This document shows, in pieces, positions 32,068-35,336 of a stretch of DNA of 35,336 nucleotides (position 1 is its first letter; every line of letters begins with the position of its first letter). The position numbers were made by a program, and so were the translations under genes. The DNA is taken from IMG/VR virus record IMGVR_UViG_3300040771_000227; one strand, 5' to 3'. The DNA comes from a virus. Under the pieces are notes generated by a model that worked only from the letters and a program-made list of their open reading frames with translations, made no database searches and was not told the DNA's origin.

Positions 32068-33684
32068 ATGAGTAACAATACCGAAGTTTACACAATACGA
32101 CTAAACGACGTCAATTTTTTGGCTGGAATGAGACGCGCACAAGACGAAGCCGAAAACACTTCGCGACGCGTCGGCGGAATTGGTTCGGCTATGAAGTTAG
32201 TCGGCGGAATTATGGCCGGCGTTTCTGTCGGGGCGTTGGGCGTTTCTGTTGTTGAGACCTTGGCAAAATTCGAAAAATTTGAAGCCGTTTTAACGAATAC
32301 TTTTGGCGACAGTTCGACAGCAAAAAAAGCGCTGTCGGATATAACCAAATTTGCAAAGGAAACGCCTTTTGAGGTCGACGAATTAACGGGCGCTTATGTT
32401 AAACTAGCGAACCGCGGCGTCGCGCCAACCATGGAACAAATGGCTAAAATGGGCGACGTAGCAAGTTCAACAGGAAAAGGCTTCGACCAATTAGCTGAAG
32501 CGGTTCTAGACGCTTCGACCGGCGAATTTGAACGTTTGAAGGAATTCGGTATTACAGCCAAAAAACACGGCGATCAAGTTCGTTTTTCCTTTAAAGGAAT
32601 TTCAACCGAAGTTGGTTTTTCAGATAAAGCGATTACGGAATACATTCAAGGCCTTGGCGACATGAACGGCGTTCTTGGTGCGTCCGACGCTATAATGAAA
32701 ACGACAGGCGGCGGAATTTCAAACATGAAAGACACTATTACGGCTTTATACTTGAATATTGGCGAAAATTTAAAGCCAGCGATTACAGCCGTAATTTCAG
32801 GACTAACTTCAGCTATTACGGCTATTAGTTCTTTTGTTTCTTTTCTTGGTTCCGGTTCAACGGGCGCGAAGGCTTTCGGCGTTGTTATGGGCGTTATCGG
32901 CGGCGCTTTGCTAACTTACGGAATTATTACGACAGGATTAGCAATAAAAACGGGCGTTTTAACCGTCGCGCAATTGCTTTTAAATACTGCTATGACTGCG
33001 AACCCTATTGGAATAGTAATTGTCGCTGTCGGGGCGTTAATAGGGGCGCTTGTCATGGCTTATAATACTTTTGACACGTTTCGCGCTGTCGTTAACGGTG
33101 CGTGGTCCGTATTAAAAACAATAGGTTCAAATATCGCTTCAACTTTTACCAATATACCTGATTTAATAATTAAGGCTTTTATGCAAGTTCCGGCGGCGAT
33201 TATGTCGGCCTTTTCAGGCGTTGGAAAATTATTTTCAGCGATTTTTTCCGGTGATTTTAAGGCGGTTCCGGCTATTATGGCCAATCTTGGAAAAGACATT
33301 TTAAAGACGAACCCGCTGACCGGCTTCGGCGTGAATGTAGCTGAAAGTTTAACCAAGGGCGCCGGCGAAGCTTATGGTAAAGCTTACGACGAAACGATGG
33401 CGAAAGCGGAAAAAGACAAAGCAAGTTTAAAGACAGGCAAAAGCAAGGCCGCCGGCGCGAAATTAAACGTTCCTGTTGTCGGTAAAGCTGGAAAAGGCTT
33501 GGACGCTGGGATTTCAGAAGTTCGTTCTTCAGCGCCGAAAAATTTTTATATTTCTATTGGAAATTTAGTAAAAGACTTAAATATTAATACTACAAATTTA
33601 ACTGAAGGTTCGGCGAAACTAAAAGAGGAAATTACAAAGCTTTTATTAACAGCTGTAAACGACATGCAGATAATTTCAGGATAA
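32068..33684 (+). CDS. Tail tape measure protein
   Basis: The core block FEAVLTNTFGDSSTAKKALSDITKFAKETPFEVDELTGAYVKLANRGV is typical of TP901-type tape-measure cores. It has Gly/Ala-rich hydrophobic helices in the middle and sits after the chaperone pair. Confidence 0.85.
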   Translation: MSNNTEVYTIRLNDVNFLAGMRRAQDEAENTSRRVGGIGSAMKLVGGIMAGVSVGALGVSVVETLAKFEKFEAVLTNTFGDSSTAKKALSDITKFAKETPFEVDELTGAYVKLANRGVAPTMEQMAKMGDVASSTGKGFDQLAEAVLDASTGEFERLKEFGITAKKHGDQVRFSFKGISTEVGFSDKAITEYIQGLGDMNGVLGASDAIMKTTGGGISNMKDTITALYLNIGENLKPAITAVISGLTSAITAISSFVSFLGSGSTGAKAFGVVMGVIGGALLTYGIITTGLAIKTGVLTVAQLLLNTAMTANPIGIVIVAVGALIGALVMAYNTFDTFRAVVNGAWSVLKTIGSNIASTFTNIPDLIIKAFMQVPAAIMSAFSGVGKLFSAIFSGDFKAVPAIMANLGKDILKTNPLTGFGVNVAESLTKGAGEAYGKAYDETMAKAEKDKASLKTGKSKAAGAKLNVPVVGKAGKGLDAGISEVRSSAPKNFYISIGNLVKDLNINTTNLTEGSAKLKEEITKLLLTAVNDMQIISG

Positions 33685-33686
33685 AA

Positions 33687-34319
33687 ATGAAAACGAATAT
33701 AATAAGAATTGATAACCCTATTAAATATTTTTCATTTAATAGTCTTATAATTGGCGCTAAAGGTCGCGCGTCTTCAGAATTGAAGTCATCCGTTTATCGC
33801 GAAAATTTAATTTCCGAAGAAGAAGACTTTGACAAGCGTTCGTTATTCGGTACGCCTGTTTATTCAAATTTAGAAATTCCGGCCGGCCAATATACGGACC
33901 TTAACGGAAATGTTATAAATTACGAAGGCGTCCGAATTGACACAATACTTTTCGACATATCACAGGAACGCAATATTATAAGAACCGCCGTGGCTGGAAA
34001 AAATGGAACTATTAAGCAATTTATTGCGGACGGCGACTATATTATAAATTGTTCGGGAATTATTACAGGCGAAAGCTTTGAAACGAATTCGGGTTTTGGA
34101 GTTGAGTCGGTAGTTGGAGTTCCTGAAGCTGAACTTCGAAAACTAAAAGCTATTTGTTCAGTTCCTAAAGAAATTGAAGTTATTTCTGAATTTTTGGACT
34201 TTTTCGACATTACGACCGTCGTTATTACGTCGCCAACTTTTTCGGAAAAAGAAGGTTCTAGGAATGAAATATTTTTTGCATGTTCCATGATTTCAGACGA
34301 ACCTATTGAACTAAAATAA
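33687..34319 (+). CDS. Tail/baseplate hub-associated protein (Mu gp43 position; hypothetical)
   Basis: 210 aa directly after the tape measure. Call by position only. Confidence 0.4.
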   Translation: MKTNIIRIDNPIKYFSFNSLIIGAKGRASSELKSSVYRENLISEEEDFDKRSLFGTPVYSNLEIPAGQYTDLNGNVINYEGVRIDTILFDISQERNIIRTAVAGKNGTIKQFIADGDYIINCSGIITGESFETNSGFGVESVVGVPEAELRKLKAICSVPKEIEVISEFLDFFDITTVVITSPTFSEKEGSRNEIFFACSMISDEPIELK

Positions 34320-34325
34320 GCCGAC

Positions 34326-35324
34326 ATGTTAAGACCTTGGATAAAAATTAAAATAGGAAACGAAGCGCTATCTTATGTGACGACCGGCGAAGTTTCTTCA
34401 ACTTGGAAAAAGTTCACCGATACGGCCGTTTTAACGATTCCTAAAAAAGTCGTTAAAGACGGTAAAACTATTTATATAGGAAACGAAAACGTATTTAAAA
34501 AAGGCGACTTTGTGACTATTTCAGTCGGTTATTTTCCAAAAATTGAACAAATTTTTGAGGGGTATTTAACTAAAATAACGCCAGCCGAAAACGTGACGCT
34601 TGAATTCGAAGACCCTTCTTGGATTTTAAAACAAACTAATTTAACAGTATCTTTTAAAAAAATAACACTCGAGGAACTGTTAGTAAAATGCATTGAAGAA
34701 GCGATTTCGAAGGCTTCGCCAGATATAAAAAAAGCGCTAAAATTAATCAAAATAGAAGCAATTAAAGCCGAATTTTTCGCCTTCAGGTTAACAAATGTTA
34801 ATATAGTTCAAGTCCTTGACGAACTAAAAAAGACCTATTCGCTGACCTCTTTTTTTAGGAATCAAACGCTTTTTGTTGGACTTGCTTATAATACAGGCGG
34901 AAAAAAGCACAAGTTCGAATTCGAAGAAAATATTATTTCGAACGACTTGGAATATAAAAAAGAAACTGACGTTCGAATGAAAGTTAAAGTTATTTCAATG
35001 CTGGAAAATAACAAAAAAATAGAAATTGAAGTAGGCGACAGCGACGGCGAACAAAGGACTATATTTGCTTATAACGTGACAGACTTAAAAGAGTTAAAAA
35101 GAATAGGCGAACGCGAAAAAGAGCGTCTAAAATACGAAGGTTATTTTGGAAGCTTTGACACGTTTATTCATTCGCTCGTTTCACACGGCGACGAAATCGA
35201 AATTGTAAATAAAAGACAGCCGGAACAAAACGGCCTTTATTACGCTGAAGAAGTGAAACCAAGGTTCGGAATTGACGGATTTTTTCAAACGATAACGCTT
35301 GGCGTAAAAATAAGCGCGAAATAA
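34326..35324 (+). CDS. Baseplate hub protein (P2 gpD / Mu gp44-like, putative)
   Basis: 332 aa between the tape-measure-proximal gene and the spike gene. Its stop overlaps the spike ATG across the circular junction. Confidence 0.45.
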   Translation: MLRPWIKIKIGNEALSYVTTGEVSSTWKKFTDTAVLTIPKKVVKDGKTIYIGNENVFKKGDFVTISVGYFPKIEQIFEGYLTKITPAENVTLEFEDPSWILKQTNLTVSFKKITLEELLVKCIEEAISKASPDIKKALKLIKIEAIKAEFFAFRLTNVNIVQVLDELKKTYSLTSFFRNQTLFVGLAYNTGGKKHKFEFEENIISNDLEYKKETDVRMKVKVISMLENNKKIEIEVGDSDGEQRTIFAYNVTDLKELKRIGEREKERLKYEGYFGSFDTFIHSLVSHGDEIEIVNKRQPEQNGLYYAEEVKPRFGIDGFFQTITLGVKISAK

Positions 35325-35336
35325 TGGAACTAAAAG
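35283..35336. repeat. Terminal direct repeat copy 2 (identical to 1..54)
   Basis: Read directly; 54/54 identical. Confidence 0.95.

Noticed and set aside
1-35336. Looked for CRISPR arrays, tRNA/tmRNA genes, integrase/att sites, reverse transcriptase (DGR/retron) and large internal repeats
   Set aside because: By eye I found no spaced identical repeats other than the iteron array, no cloverleaf-capable intergenic segment (all gaps are short and AT-rich), and no recombinase or RT motifs in any listed ORF. A tRNAscan-type search and a self-dot-plot would be needed to exclude them formally.

Overview
The window is a complete, circularly closed dsDNA tailed-phage genome. Its first 54 nt are repeated exactly at the end (1..54 = 35283..35336), so the unique unit is 35,282 bp. 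It is densely coded, with many start/stop overlaps, in four strand blocks.

(i) 21201..35324, continuing across the junction to 42..8266 (+): terminase-adjacent head genes in Mu-like order, with no MuA/MuB-like transposase or integrase recognised anywhere in the genome. The order is DUF1320-like, portal, MuF, gpG-like, ClpP-type protease/scaffold, capsid. These are followed by contractile-tail genes: sheath, tube, a chaperone with a -1 frameshift site, tape measure, hub, spike, baseplate wedge and fibres. The block ends with a lysis cassette (holin-like, Amidase_3 endolysin, two spanin-like ORFs).

(ii) 8263..11101 (-): an early block with an SMC/SbcC-like ATPase and an SSB-like protein.

(iii) 11223..21148 (+): a replication/packaging block with an SF2 helicase, a PolB-type exonuclease, an HNH-like protein, a split VirE_N primase-like protein plus VirE NTPase, a VRR-NUC nuclease, terS and terL. 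No DNA polymerase is recognisable.

(iv) 26565..27241 (-): a two-gene reverse-strand cassette inside the head module.

Repeated TAnnTTTG -7 boxes, A-rich leaders without Shine-Dalgarno sequences and AT-rich composition point to a Bacteroidota (probably Flavobacteriia-type) host.

Items most worth a second look:
- a 275-bp array of twelve GGAACA(T) iterons that the ORF track reads as a 93-aa protein (candidate ori or pac)
- a MuF head protein with a C-terminal HExxH domain, followed by a small acidic ORF (toxin/immunity-like layout)
- the reverse-strand HTH + unknown cassette
- a non-canonical overlapping spanin-like pair
- a fibre with a C-terminal beta-helix (depolymerase-like) domain

All family names come from motif recognition by eye; no database search was run.
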